A DNA stretch of 64,000 nucleotides, from contig OX597836.1 of assembly GCA_951406725.2 (NCBI GenBank), forward strand, positions 25,110,001 through 25,174,000. Reading direction: 5' to 3'. Each line of letters starts with the position of its first letter. The first letter of the stretch is position 1. A program made the position numbers and the translations under genes. Positions 1-12,220 of this stretch are shown here, one piece after another. The notes beneath the pieces are model-generated. The model was not told the DNA's origin, did no database searches, and worked only from the letters and a program-made list of their open reading frames with translations. The DNA comes from Octopus vulgaris. Its lineage: Eukaryota.

Positions 1-1053
1 CACACTCACTGTGGCCTATACAAATTACATATGCACATTTACTTGTGTGTGTACAAATTGTTACATACACACACACGCATGCTCTCTCTTTCTCTCTCTC
101 TCTCTCTCTAACTTTCTCTCAATCTTTCTTTCTCTCTTTCTTACTCACATAGTCTTTCTCTCTCACACACACACACACACTGTCTCTCATACACACACTT
201 TGTCTCTCCCTCACACACAATCTTACCCTCTCTCTCTTTTCTCACACTCACACACACACACTCTTTCTCTCTCCCTCCCTCTCTGTCCCCCCCACTTTCT
301 ACAACTCTCACACAATCAAAACTTTATCAACTGACTCCAACCCAACCTTTACTTTTCATTAAAGTTAACCTTCACAAGTCTCCTCCACCCACCCCTCACA
401 CACACACACACACCTGTCTATTCATCCTCTCATTGTGAGGCAAAGAGGAGGGGGAGGAGGAGGCGGCGGACACCTATGCGGTCACTCAACATGCTAGATA
501 TAGCAGTCAAATCACCTTTAAACCACAATATAAATCTTAAAAACAGTGAAGGAAACACTGAATGATTTGTTGTTAGAAAACCTTAAACATACCTGAAGGG
601 CACAGATGGAATGTCGTTGATCACGGCGCTGCTCACTCTCCAATGACCTGTGGTTAAACAACAACATCAACAACAATCTGAAATTCTCTTTTCTTTCAGC
701 ACAAAGTACCATAACTCTCTCATACTGTTTTCTGCCACCCCCTTTCGTTCCCCCACCTCCCACCACTCATAAATTGCATACACACACACACACACAGCCT
801 TCCTTTCATCTATCATTACCCTATTTGCCAGAAACTCCAGTAATATTTCTTTTTTTTAATTTTTGTTTTTGCTCTTTTATTTGTTTGGTGTTTTGTTTTA
901 AAATCTCGTCTTTTATTTCATGTTGTCTCCTCCACCTCTCCCCCATGTCTCCTTCCCATAATTCCCTACCAAAAAAACCTCTCTCTCCTTCCCCACCAAA
1001 AGGTTTCATCTCTCTCTCGCTTACTCTCTCTCTCTTACTCTCTCTCTCTCTCT

Positions 1054-1092
<39 letters not shown>

Positions 1093-1293
1093 TCTCTCTC
1101 CATTCTGTTGATTATTAATTTCATTAAGTTATTCTTTTATTTATCCATTCTGCTTTTAATTATTAATTATTCATTCTGTTAAAAACCATTATTCATCAAA
1201 TCAGGGCTTCTTTTAAATTAAGAGTTTACTCTGTATGTTCATGAGTGTGCATGCATGCATGTGTGTATATAAGCCTCTATATGTGTGTGTGTG

Positions 1294-1338
<45 letters not shown>

Positions 1339-1581
1339 TTTTTAAAGCTGAAACAGATTCACTAATTGTTACTCAGAATTTCATGTCACTGTTCACCAAA
1401 TAGGAACTGTCATGTGAAACTGAGCAACACTTTCTGATGATTCTTTTCAGCTTCAATAAAATATTTCCCTGCCTTTGCTATACAGCTACTAATTTTTCCT
1501 CTTTGTCTTACACCAAAGTGCTTACTTGTATGTATACACCCCCACACATCCGTCTGTCTGTCTATTTATCTGACTGTCGAT

Positions 1582-1813
1582 AAGGCGGCGAGCTGGCAGA
1601 AACGTTAGCACGCCGGGCGAAATGCGTAGCCATATTTCGTCTGCCGTTACGTTCTGAGTTCAAATTCCGCTGAGGTTGACTTTGCCTTTCATCCTTTCGG
1701 GGTCAATAAATTAAGTACCAGTTACACACTGGGGTCGATGTAAACCACTTAATCCGTTTGTCTGTCCTTGTTTGTCCCCTCTGTGTTTAGCCCCTTGTGG
1801 GCAGTAAAGAAAT
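1582..1813 (+). mobile_element. tRNA-derived SINE family B (MetaSINE-like core); other copies near 12580-12800, 13404-13628, 39052-39402, 44166-44369, 47097-47331, 47757-48088, 53262-53478, 61684-61918, 62516-62750
   Basis: A-box-like TGGCAGAAACGTTAG, B-box-like GTTCAAATTCC, and central gcctttcatcctttcggggtc(g/a)ataaattaagtaccag resembling the MetaSINE core as I recall it. Confidence 0.82.
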
Positions 1814-2009
1814 GTATTTATCTGACTGTCTGTCTATCTGTCTGTCTATTTATCTGTCTGTCTATGTGTCTGCCCGTCTATCTGTTTGTCTATCTGTTTG
1901 TCTGTCTGTCTTTGAGTTAAGTAGAAGTATTATATAAGTGAAATTTTGAATAACACAGTTGAAAACCATGTGGTGTATTATTTTTTAGGAGCAAAACTTA
2001 TTTTAAACA

Positions 2010-2400
2010 CTTACTTACTTGTACTTATAATGGCTTTCACTCAGGGCGAGTTGAGCCGACGTCTTCTCTGGTTCTGATGGTATCATGAACCATGGCGGCC
2101 CACGCTCGATGGTCCTGTGCGAGGTCACTAGTGATAGCGAGCCATTTGCGGTTCCATCTGCGCAGACCGACCACCTGCAGGCCTGAGAGTTTGGAGAGGT
2201 CCTCCTTTATCGTCCTTGCCCAGGTCTTCAGCTGCCCGCCCTTGCGTTTGCGTCAGTTGGGAAATGGAGGTGGGAAGAGGACATCACGAATCAGCTCGCC
2301 CTCTGGACGCTGGGCTGCATGACCGAACCACCTTAAGCGCCGTTGTAGAAGCATCGAAGGTAGGGGCCGGAGATTCAGGCGATGACGAAGACTGGCCAGT
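2010..2400 (-). mobile_element. 5'-truncated RTE-clade LINE, 3' end
   Basis: Minus translation LLQRRLRWFGHAAQRPEGELIRDVL...KGGQLKTWARTIKEDL...DLAQDHRAWAAMV with one in-frame stop. (TAAG)n tail. 13-bp target-site duplication CTTATTTTAAACA at 1997-2009 and 2401-2413. Confidence 0.88.
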
Positions 2401-3432
2401 CTTATTTTAAACAACGAATCATTGATCCACAAAATGATATTTCAGTGAAAAAACAGAAAAAACCCTTGACAAGATTCTTGTGAATCGTAGTATTTTAAAG
2501 AGACTCACTCAACAATCTCAGCTCGATGTTCAGGTTGCAGATAATCCATTTGTACATAAAGCTTCATAAATCTTTCATTTTGGTTCATCCACATTACTCT
2601 GAAAGGAGAGCATAAAGCTGGTGTCCTGGTTTCTCTGGCGAATATATACTCCACCCTGGATAGGACACTAGTCCTTTGCAGGATTACTCATTTTGACCAA
2701 CTGAAAGACGTGAAATGAACTGTTTTGCTATAGAACACAATGCATTGCCCAGTCCAGGAATTGAAACCACAATCATGACCACTAAGCCTAACCACTAAGC
2801 CATGCCCCTGGTTCTCTTCCATTTGACCAAAATCTTGCTTAAACAAGTGGGTCACTCTTAGTGAGGAATACCGTTACGGATATTTGAACTCTCTCGTCAG
2901 TAGATGAAGTTACATTGAAATTTCATCTGTCTTGTGTAGTAATGTTTGTTGTAATATTTATTTTATCCTCTCCTTTCTCCCATTCTCTAATGTTTGGCAA
3001 AAGTGTGAATTTTAAATCCTCATGGAATATTAGAAACTCGTATAGATACACTGGCACCCACCCACCTATCCACCCAAGAAAAACACACACGTGGACAGAC
3101 TGTCACAGTTCCGGTAACAGAAACACAGCTTAGTAATACTTTACTAAAAATCCTCCACAACTACACCCTGGATGGTTTATTTTATTCAGCAACACAACTT
3201 CTGTACAATCTCCGTCTGGCCTGTGGATGATACTACTCTGCATCACACACCTCTCGACGTCTCTTGCTTCCCAAACGGCAGCTGCTCTTTTTGTTTTTTT
3301 GCCAAGAGAATCTTTACCAAATTCCTAGAATCTTTGTTTCTTTCATTTCTCAATCATGAAATGTTCTTATAGCAGTATATCCATGGAAAAAAGTTTCCAT
3401 GTTCACCACTTTCTTCACATATATTTCTTCAC

Positions 3433-3846
3433 GCAGGAATGGCTGTGTGGTAAGTAACTTGCTTACCAACCACACGGTTCCAGGTTCAGTCCCACTGCAT
3501 GGCACCTTGGGAAAGTGTCTTCTACTATAGCCTTGGGCTGACCAAAGCCTTGTGAGTGGATTTGGTAGATGGAAACTGAAAGAAGCCTGTCGTATATATA
3601 TATATATATATGTATGTATGTGTGTGTGTGTTTGTGTCTGTGTCTGTCCTTCCAACATCGCTTGACAACCGATGCTGGTATGTTTACGTCCCCGTTACTT
3701 AGTGGTTCGGCAAAAGAGACCGATAGAATAAGTACTAGGCTTACAAAGAATAAGTCCTGGGGTCGATTTGCTCGACTAAAAGGCGGTGCTCCAGCATGGC
3801 CGCAGTCAAATGACTGAAACAAGTAAAAGAGTAAAAGAGAGTAAAG
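3433..3846 (+). mobile_element. tRNA-derived SINE family A (CORE-like), full length
   Basis: A-box-like TGGCTGTGTGG, B-box-like GGTTCAGTCCC, CORE-like accttggg(c/a)aagtg, central (TA)/(TG) microsatellite, (AAAGAGT)n tail. More than 15 related copies in the window. Confidence 0.85.
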
Positions 3847-4895
3847 AGTATATAATTCTACCCTACACATGTTAAGTAAATCTCTTTAAAAATTGCCCCT
3901 TTTCTCTCTGTAAAGCTCAGCCATCACCCTGTACCCCTGCCCCATTATTCGGTCAGTTACAACACCGAAGATTCCAGTTGATCCAATCATTGGAACAGCC
4001 CCCTCATGAAATTAACATTGAAGTGGCTGAGTACTCCACAGATGCTATCACCCTTAACATAGTTCTCTGGGAGATTCAGCATGACAGAGAGTGTGACAAA
4101 GCTGGCTCTTTCTTATTACAGGTACGACTTGTTTTTGCCAGCTGAGTGAATTGGAGCAATGTGAAGTAAAGAGTCTTGCTCAAGGACCCAATGTGTGGAC
4201 CGGAATCGAACTCTTGATCTCATGATTGTAAGCAAGTTATCCCTAACCACTAAGCCACACGCCTTCACACACACACACGGAAATTTAAAATTCATAGTCT
4301 CACACACACACACACACCTTGCTCCATGGTTTTGTGTGATGTCTTGTTAGATTGCTTATTGGCAGAGGGCATGGCTGTGTGGTTAGGGAGCTTGCTTCCT
4401 AGCTACATGGTTTCGGGTTCAGTCCCACTGCGTGGCACTTTGGGTAGGTGTCTTCTGCTATAGCCCCGAGCCGACCGAAGCTTTGTGATTGAATTCGGCA
4501 GGCAGAAGTTACTGCCGTGTGTGTATATGTGTGTGTAGGTGCTTGTGCCTCTCCGAAAGAGAGAGAGGGTGTTGACATAATTCTCTCTGAGTCACATTCT
4601 GTCAGCACTGGGGTGTTTCACAACGGTCCCTTACTGCTCCACATTCTCTATACCCTTGCATTCTATATGCCGTCACATTTAATAATCCCTACCCCATTAC
4701 AGATCACACCACCCTTCATCGCTCTCCTGTTTTCCACATTCAAATGTCATCCACATGAGAAATAAGCACTTCATGTTCGGTTTGCCCTGTCTCCATGAAC
4801 AAACATCTCAACTGGGACCATGTAGGTACATACATAGATATGTATATATATATATATATGTATGCATGTGTGTGTATGTATGTGTGTGTGTGTGT

Positions 4896-5260
4896 ATTCT
4901 TTTATTCTTTTACTTGTTTCAGTCATTTGACTGCAGCCATGCTGGAGCACAGCCTTTAGTCAAACAAATTGACCCCAAGACTTATTATTTGTAGGCCTAG
5001 TACTTATTCTATCGGTCTCTTTTTGCTGAACTGCTAAGTTACAGGGACATAAACACACCAGCATCGGTTGTCAAGCGATGTTGCGGGGACACACACACAT
5101 ATGATAGGTTTCTTTCAATTTCTGTCTACCAAATCCACTCACAAGGCTTTGGTTGGCCCGAGGCTATAGTAGAAGACATTTGCCCAAGTTACCACACAGT
5201 GGGACTGAACCCGGAGCCATGTGGTTGGTAAACAAGCTTACCACACAATCACTCCTGCGC
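4896..5260 (-). mobile_element. SINE family A copy
   Basis: Reverse complement of the 3433 copy. Confidence 0.85.
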
Positions 5261-5628
5261 CTATCATCATCATCATCATCGTTTAACGTCCGTTTTCCAT
5301 GCTGGCAAGGGTTGGACGGTTCGACCGGGGATCTGGGAAGCCAGAAGGCTGCACCAGGCTCCAGTCTTATCTGGCAATGTTTCTACAGCTGGATGCCCTT
5401 CCTAGCGCCGACCACTCCGTGAGTGTAGTGGGTGCTTTTTACGTGCCACCTGCACAGGTGCCAGGCGAGGCTGGCAACGGCCACAGTCGGATTGGTGTAT
5501 TTTACGTGCCACCGGCACGGAGGCCAGTCGAGGCGGGGCTGGCATTGGCCATGAGTCGGATAGTGCTTTTTACGTACCACCAGACCAGGGATCCTGGCTG
5601 GTTCAATTCGATTTCGATTTCGCTTGCC

Positions 5629-5673
<45 letters not shown>

Positions 5674-6037
5674 GAGAGAGAGCAGCACAAGCATGGCTAT
5701 GTGGTTAGGAAGCCATACCACTTCGTGGTACCTTGGGCTATAGCCTCAGGCTGATCAAAGCCTTGTGAATGAATTTAGTTGGTAAAAGTTCTACTGCATG
5801 TATATATGTGTGAAAGTGCTTGTGTTTCCTTTCATAGAATGGAGGGGAATACACACACATATGCATCTGTGGATACATATATACACAAACATACATATGT
5901 ACATACATGTATGTGTGTCTAGTAACGTAAGGGTTGTAAAGTATATTAAAACATTTTTATTTAGAGCAAACCTTTATCTGATACAGAAACCAATGTATCA
6001 GCTAGAATAGATATATATATATGCTTACTACACACAA

Positions 6038-6069
<32 letters not shown>

Positions 6070-6509
6070 GCAAACCAGTTGAGATACAAGTAAAACCCAC
6101 AGGCAGACAAATATTAAGTTATGATGTAACTCTGTTTGAAATATTTTCTCTTTATCAGAGATGCAATCAGATGTTGAAGAATTCTGGAGCAGAGATGTGT
6201 ATAGATGATGGCAGACTTAGCTGGTTTTCAAAATACATTAGAAATAAAGAAATAAAGAAAAACAAATAATAAATAAGTAGATAAAAAAGTTTAAATGGAG
6301 AGACTGCCAAATGTGATTGTTAGCAAGGTCAATATCACTATGAAAACAAGGACTGTTGCTACATGTGTGTATGTGTGTATACACACACACACATATGTAT
6401 ATATGTGTAATATACTGTTCCGTTATTGGTGAGATCAACAAAAAGTACTCCATTTATAGAGAAAGAGATAAATATCATTTAATATACACAGGATTTAAAT
6501 TTAGACGTG

Positions 6510-7035
6510 AGCTACGATAAGTTTCATGTTTCTCATGATACACCAGTTGGATGAGCTTATATAACCTGGTGTGTACTATTGTGAAACCTTTCAGGCTCAA
6601 AATACAACTTAGCTGTTCTCTGAAAAGAAAAAGGAGAAAGAATGAACGAGAGATAAAAGTTGTATCCTTTTGGTTCTTTAGAATAAGAATTAGCAATGGT
6701 TGGTGTGGTTAATTTGACAAGGAAGCATTAGAAAAGGATGGTGTTCTAGAAACTTATCCAAATGCTTGCATTTAGTGAAAATTTCAGGTCTAAAATTTAG
6801 TAGGTTGGTGATCTTGGATTTAAAGAGGATATGAGTTCTTTTAGCTATATGAAGCCTGCATCTTCTTGATCCGTTCATGTATGGTAGGGATCATTCTACA
6901 GTGCTCCACTTGATAGTGTGTAGGGTATTGATGGCCTTCAGGTCTCAGATATGGCTAACTAATTTTGTGGTTTTCTTCTCGCCTATGTTGCCTATGTATC
7001 AGAAAGAAGACTGGTAGTTAGCATATCTTTTTGTT
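6510..7035 (-). mobile_element. Decayed Penelope-like element, GIY-YIG endonuclease C-terminal part
   Basis: Minus translation KRYANYQSSF*...TTKLVSHI*DLK...IKWSTVE*SLPYMNGSRRCRLHIAKRTHIL...LLNFRPEIFTKCKHLDKF matches the PLE pattern KRYxNHxxSF...TxLSxHIWxLK...IKW...PY...CxLC..EK...LLN.R.E...KCRH. Multiple stops. Confidence 0.75.
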
Positions 7036-7073
7036 TATATTTACTTTCACATGTATGAATATACTTCTTAATT

Positions 7074-7116
<43 letters not shown>

Positions 7117-8293
7117 GAATAACAAAGATGTACAGGTGTCAATTCATTATGGCTGTTTCAAGTGACTCCTTTTATTGATTAATGGAAACATTAACATCAT
7201 TTGAAAGTATCAGGTGTACCAAATTCAGATCTCCTCATTCAGCTGGGTTGTGTCATCTGCTGCACACACAGCAGGAATATCAGGTGCAAACACTCCTGTA
7301 CAGAGTTTTGATATGCTATATCAAATGTTGTCTTAAGGCATAATGTATACACTTGCATTCATACACACTCAAGCACACACACACACCTCTACATTATCTC
7401 TCCACCTGTCCATTTGTCTCAGTACAAGAGTATATATAATATATGCTGGTACAGCACCTCCCTTAGTGTAAGACTGTATAAGGGATAGTAAGTCGTCCTT
7501 TCTGTCTGTAGAGTGGGGTGGCACCATGGGCAAGTGCTAGCAACTCCCTTAGTCTCCCATGCCAGGGACATGGTGAGGACACTGGCAGCAGGATGTTGGA
7601 TAATGTCCTACTGACAGAGGATTCCTAAACCAATTGCTTGAAAGTTATTGCAACCAACTGGAAATTCTCTCTCCCATCAGACAACAGTTGGGCCTCTACT
7701 AACAAGTGAGCTGCTACTGCAGGTTAATCTCATCATTGACCCTCTTTATTGCACTCTTGTACAACACTTGGTACCTGGTAAGGGAGGCCCATAGAGACAG
7801 TCTGGTAGGTAGACGGTGCCATCTGCCCTACTCACTGTCCAAAGGCGTTTTGTTCATACAATTCTGTATAGAACAGTCAACGTCAGTGCAGTGGACAGCC
7901 GACAGTGTATCGATGACAGGCTTCTTACAGTTCTTGTCTACCAAATTCCTTCACAAGGCATTGGGCAGGCTTATCATATAGAGCACTGATGCTGCATTGT
8001 AGGATTGAACATGAAACCATGTGGCTGCAAAGTGAATTTCTGAACCATGTTGGCATACCTGTATCTCTGGATGTGACTCTTTGTGTGTGTGTGTGTGTGT
8101 GTGTGATCATAGGCACAGGAGTGGCTATGTGGTGAGTGGCTTGCTTACCAACCACATGGTTCCGTGTTCAGTCCCACTGCGTGGTACCTTGGGCAAATGT
8201 CTTCTACTATAGTCTCGGGCCGACCAGGGCCTTGTGAGTGGATTTGGTAGATGGAAACTGAAAGAGGCCCGTCGTATATATGTATATGTATAT

Positions 8294-8678
8294 ATCACTC
8301 CTTTAATTCTACTACTGCCTGCTACTAGCCATTGTCCACCATACACACACACGCACACACTCACACACACACCCTTGTCATCTTGCACACCTTTTTTAAC
8401 CATTCCTTCTTTGATTCAGCACTCTTGTTTTTAAAAATATTTTCCTCCTTTTTTACCACTTCTGTCTTTTTAGTATGTGACCTCGTGAATACTACATGCA
8501 ATTTTTTTTCCTCTGTCCTCCCGTCTCGGGATCTTTCTTTCTCCTATGTTTCCGACGAAGAGCTCCGCTCGAAACGTCAAACCCTCCTTCTTCCCTTCTT
8601 TCCTGAGCGTCCAATAATACTTTATTTGTTCCACATCCTTGCGTTGTTGTCTTTTTGTTTTCTTGTTTGGATTAACTT
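8294..8678 (+). mobile_element. Penelope-like terminal-repeat fragment inserted into the (TA)n of a SINE
   Basis: Pyrimidine-rich segment carrying the minimal hammerhead motif. It separates the two halves of the SINE at 8113-8915. Confidence 0.5.
8548..8582 (+). ncRNA. Minimal hammerhead motif (Penelope-associated type) with one core mismatch
   Basis: GUUU-CCGACGA-A-GAGC-ucc-GCUC-GAAA-C-GUC-AAAC. Stem I GUUU/AAAC, stem II GAGC/GCUC, palindromic ACGU at stem III. CCGA in place of CUGA. Confidence 0.4.
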
Positions 8679-10432
8679 TATATATATATATATATATATG
8701 TGTGTTTGTGTGTCTGTGTTTGTCCCCTTAACATCGCTTGACAACCGATGCTGGTGTGTTTACGTCCCTGTAACTTAGTGGTTCGGCAAAAGAGACCGAT
8801 AGAATAAGTACTAGGCTTACAAAGAATAAGTCCTGGGGTCAATTTGCTCGACTAAAGGCGGTGCTCCAGCATGGCCACAGTCAAATGACTGAAACAAATA
8901 AAAGAGTAAAAGAGAATACTGATTTTCTAAATCTCTTATAGGTTGTCGAGTTAGACCCCTGGTCAGTCTCGATCAAAACTTTGACTAAATGACTTCCTGC
9001 CATGACCCCCTGTGCCGTTTTTAAATCATATATCAACTTCTACATTATCTAACGTATGTTTCCAGTTTTTCAAGACAGTAAAAGATCTGAGGGTGATTAG
9101 GCTACTGTTTCTAGCAAGTAGAGATCAGATCTATGGTTTTCTAATTATCTGTCATCCTTAAGCATTCTTTCTCTGGCACATTGGATTATTTTGTATAGTC
9201 CACTAATTGTTACTCTTCTAGCCTTCCATAAAAGCAGAAAGCAAAGTACAATTTTGGAACTGGGTTTAGTTAAAAGAAATCTTTATTTTATCAATTTAAG
9301 TATTTCATAGAATAAAGAGCAGAAGATTGCCATTTGGTGATGATGTGGAAACGAATGAATGAATGGAGGCGAATTGGAAGATGAAGATGATGATGATTGT
9401 GGTGGTGGTGGCGACGAAGGGTTACTGTTTCACTCTTTCCCAGCTGTTTCTTTACAACTGGGTTGTCCTTTCTCTCTTTTGCTTCTTTCATCTCCCCTTC
9501 TCTCTTTCTCTCTCTCTTTCATATCTTCATCCAATACTCCTCTAACTCTCTTTTTTCATCTCATCACACAATTCCCCCCCTCTCTCTCAGAATCTCTTTT
9601 TTTCCTCTCGATCTCTTCCTTCTCTCACCTCGTTTCCTCTCTCTCTCTCTCTCTCTCGTCACATTCCCCCATCTTTCTCTCGGCACCTCTCGCTCTCATC
9701 ACCTCCCTCTCTCTTTCTCTCTAAAATCTCCGTTCTCCTACCACCACCTCTTTCTTCTTTTCTTCTTCTTCCCCATCATTTCCTTTCTCTCATCACCTCT
9801 CACTATCTTCCTTGTCCCCCCCCCACCACCACTCCACCCCACCCAACACTCATTACTCCAAACTTTCTAAACATCTCTCTCCACCCTTTCTATCAATTTT
9901 CCCCTCCTCTTCTCTCCCTCCATCTCTCTACCCTTATCGTAATCTTTCTCCCTCACCATCACCACCACCCTATTATATATATTTACACTTTTTTTCTCTC
10001 CCTCACACCCCCCCAACCATATTTCACATGTGACTTAGTGCCAATATGTTTACACACCAACACACACGTTATTATTATTCAATGCGCCAAGCACATCCTC
10101 AGATTCAGTGTTCCTTTTATTTAAAACTTTATTAACCAATATTATGTTTCTTTATTAGCCACACAGGGCTGCAAATATTAACTTCAGCACCACTGACGCG
10201 ACCACCACATCGTCTCCTTGTCCCTTTGGTCTCTCCAGCTCCCGCCCCCCCTCTCTCTCTCTCAGTTATTTTATATTCCAGACAAAAACTCTACGAACGG
10301 TCAGCACATGACTTTCGTTCAAGTTTTCTTCTGCTACACCACCACCACCACTACCACCATCACCACCACTACCACCATCACCACTTTCAGTAATTTAAGT
10401 GACCAACAAATTATAAATAAGAACTGACCCCA

Positions 10433-10474
<42 letters not shown>

Positions 10475-10954
10475 ATACATACATACATACACGCACATAT
10501 ACTCACGCCTATATTAACAAAAATAAACACACTAGAAACGTTAGCACGAGGTATATATAAAACATAATCTCTTTCACACATACACGTATATATACACAAG
10601 TTCTTTCTCTCTCATACACACGTTCATATATATATACACACATCTTTCTCCCTTAGTATCTACGCTGACGTTTGTTCTGTCAATTTAAGACGAACATCAA
10701 CAACAACTTGACAAATATTTGCGGGTGTCTCAATGGGGTTATTTTGTTTGTGAGTGTGTGTGTATGTGTATTTTGTTGTATGCAGGTACGTGTGTGTGTG
10801 TGAGTGAATACGTGACAGTGTGTGCAGGTGTGATAGCGGTAGCAATGTGTGTTTGACTACGTGTATGTTACTGTGCGTGTGTGTGTGTGTGTGTGTAAGT
10901 GCGTGTGACTGTGTATCTATGTATGCGAGTGTGTGCGATGCTGCTTCTTGACAG

Positions 10955-11014
10955 ACCAGCTCCAAGACTTCCAGAAAAGAAGGCCTTACCGAACCACTCC
11001 ATCGACAAACTGCT
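10955..11014 (+). CDS. Candidate 60-nt exon of the same gene (PAPRLPEKKALPNHSIDKL-L), or 3' part of an alternative first exon
   Basis: cttcttgacag|...CT|gtaagt. Phase 2 to phase 2, open, and CT+T gives Leu when joined to the 32452 exon. In-frame ATGs at 10923 and 10938. Confidence 0.5.
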
Positions 11015-11301
11015 GTAAGTACTTTTATAATGACAATAATAATGATTGCTGCTATTTACAATACAAATCTTTAATACACACACACACACACACACGTGCA
11101 TATATGTATAATAAACATTTTGTGGGCGAACATCTTTTTACAATGTGCTTTGACGAATCATCCGTTGTATTTAATTACCAAACTCGATCACTCTTAAGTC
11201 TCAGGTGTATATAATATCTATGTGTATATATATATATATCTATAAATGTAAGCATGCACTGTATTTTTCCTTTGTCGTATATACATGTCGATTTTGTACT
11301 G

Positions 11302-11348
<47 letters not shown>

Positions 11349-11484
11349 TATGTATATAAAATTATACATACACACACACACACTTATCCCTTTTCTTTGT
11401 GAGCGGACGTGTGTTTGTGTGCCTTAAATTGAAGATATACACGGAAGTTTTGTATAATGTATCATAATATAATGTGTCTATATA

Positions 11485-11528
<44 letters not shown>

Positions 11529-11725
11529 TTGCTGTGTGTATTTGTATAACTATGATTCTATGCAAGTGTTTTCCCAATTTTTTTTTGTGTGCGCTTTAGA
11601 GTTTCCCCTTCCATTTCAGAGGGTTATTCTAATTAATTAACTAATTAATTTTTTTTCCATGCGACATTCGGCCCATCACTCGTTGTCTATTTAGACAGCT
11701 GTGTATGAGGGTGTATATAATATGT

Positions 11726-11774
<49 letters not shown>

Positions 11775-12182
11775 TTGTTTCATCCGTTGTAGTCCCACAA
11801 CAGCTCCCACCAACCTACTTCCTTTAATAATTCTAAGATTTCTCGTAAAGTCTACCTTCTTTTTCTTCTAATTTCTCTCTCTCTCTCTCTCCTTCCTCTC
11901 CTCCTCGTCTGTTTTCATGTTTCTTCTCCCTCCTCCTCGTCCCCACCATTTCTTCTAAGTAGGGAAACTTCTTCAAAATTGTCGCCGGTCTCTTCAAGTA
12001 CTTCCTTTGATTGCTTCCTCTCAACTCCTTGTGTATGTGTTTGTGTATATATATATTCACACACACACACACACACACACACGTCCTGTGTCGGAACCAT
12101 TGTGATGCTATAACAGTCACCGTATCACAAAGATAGGTGTTTATACATACTCACGCGCACGTTCCGTGTGAGTTTATTTGTC

Positions 12183-12220
<38 letters not shown>

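Larger units (their letters stand above)
8113..8915 (+). mobile_element. SINE family A copy, interrupted at its (TA)n
   Basis: 5' half at 8113-8290 and 3' half at 8680-8915 match the 3433 copy. Confidence 0.85.

Noticed and set aside
2868-2906. Minus-strand CUGACGA hammerhead-like relic
   Set aside because: GAAA is missing and stems are not convincing.
9359-9430. Acidic/Gly peptide MNGGELEDEDDDDCGGGGDEG as an exon
   Set aside because: Derived from GAT/GGT triplet repeats, with no convincing splice sites.
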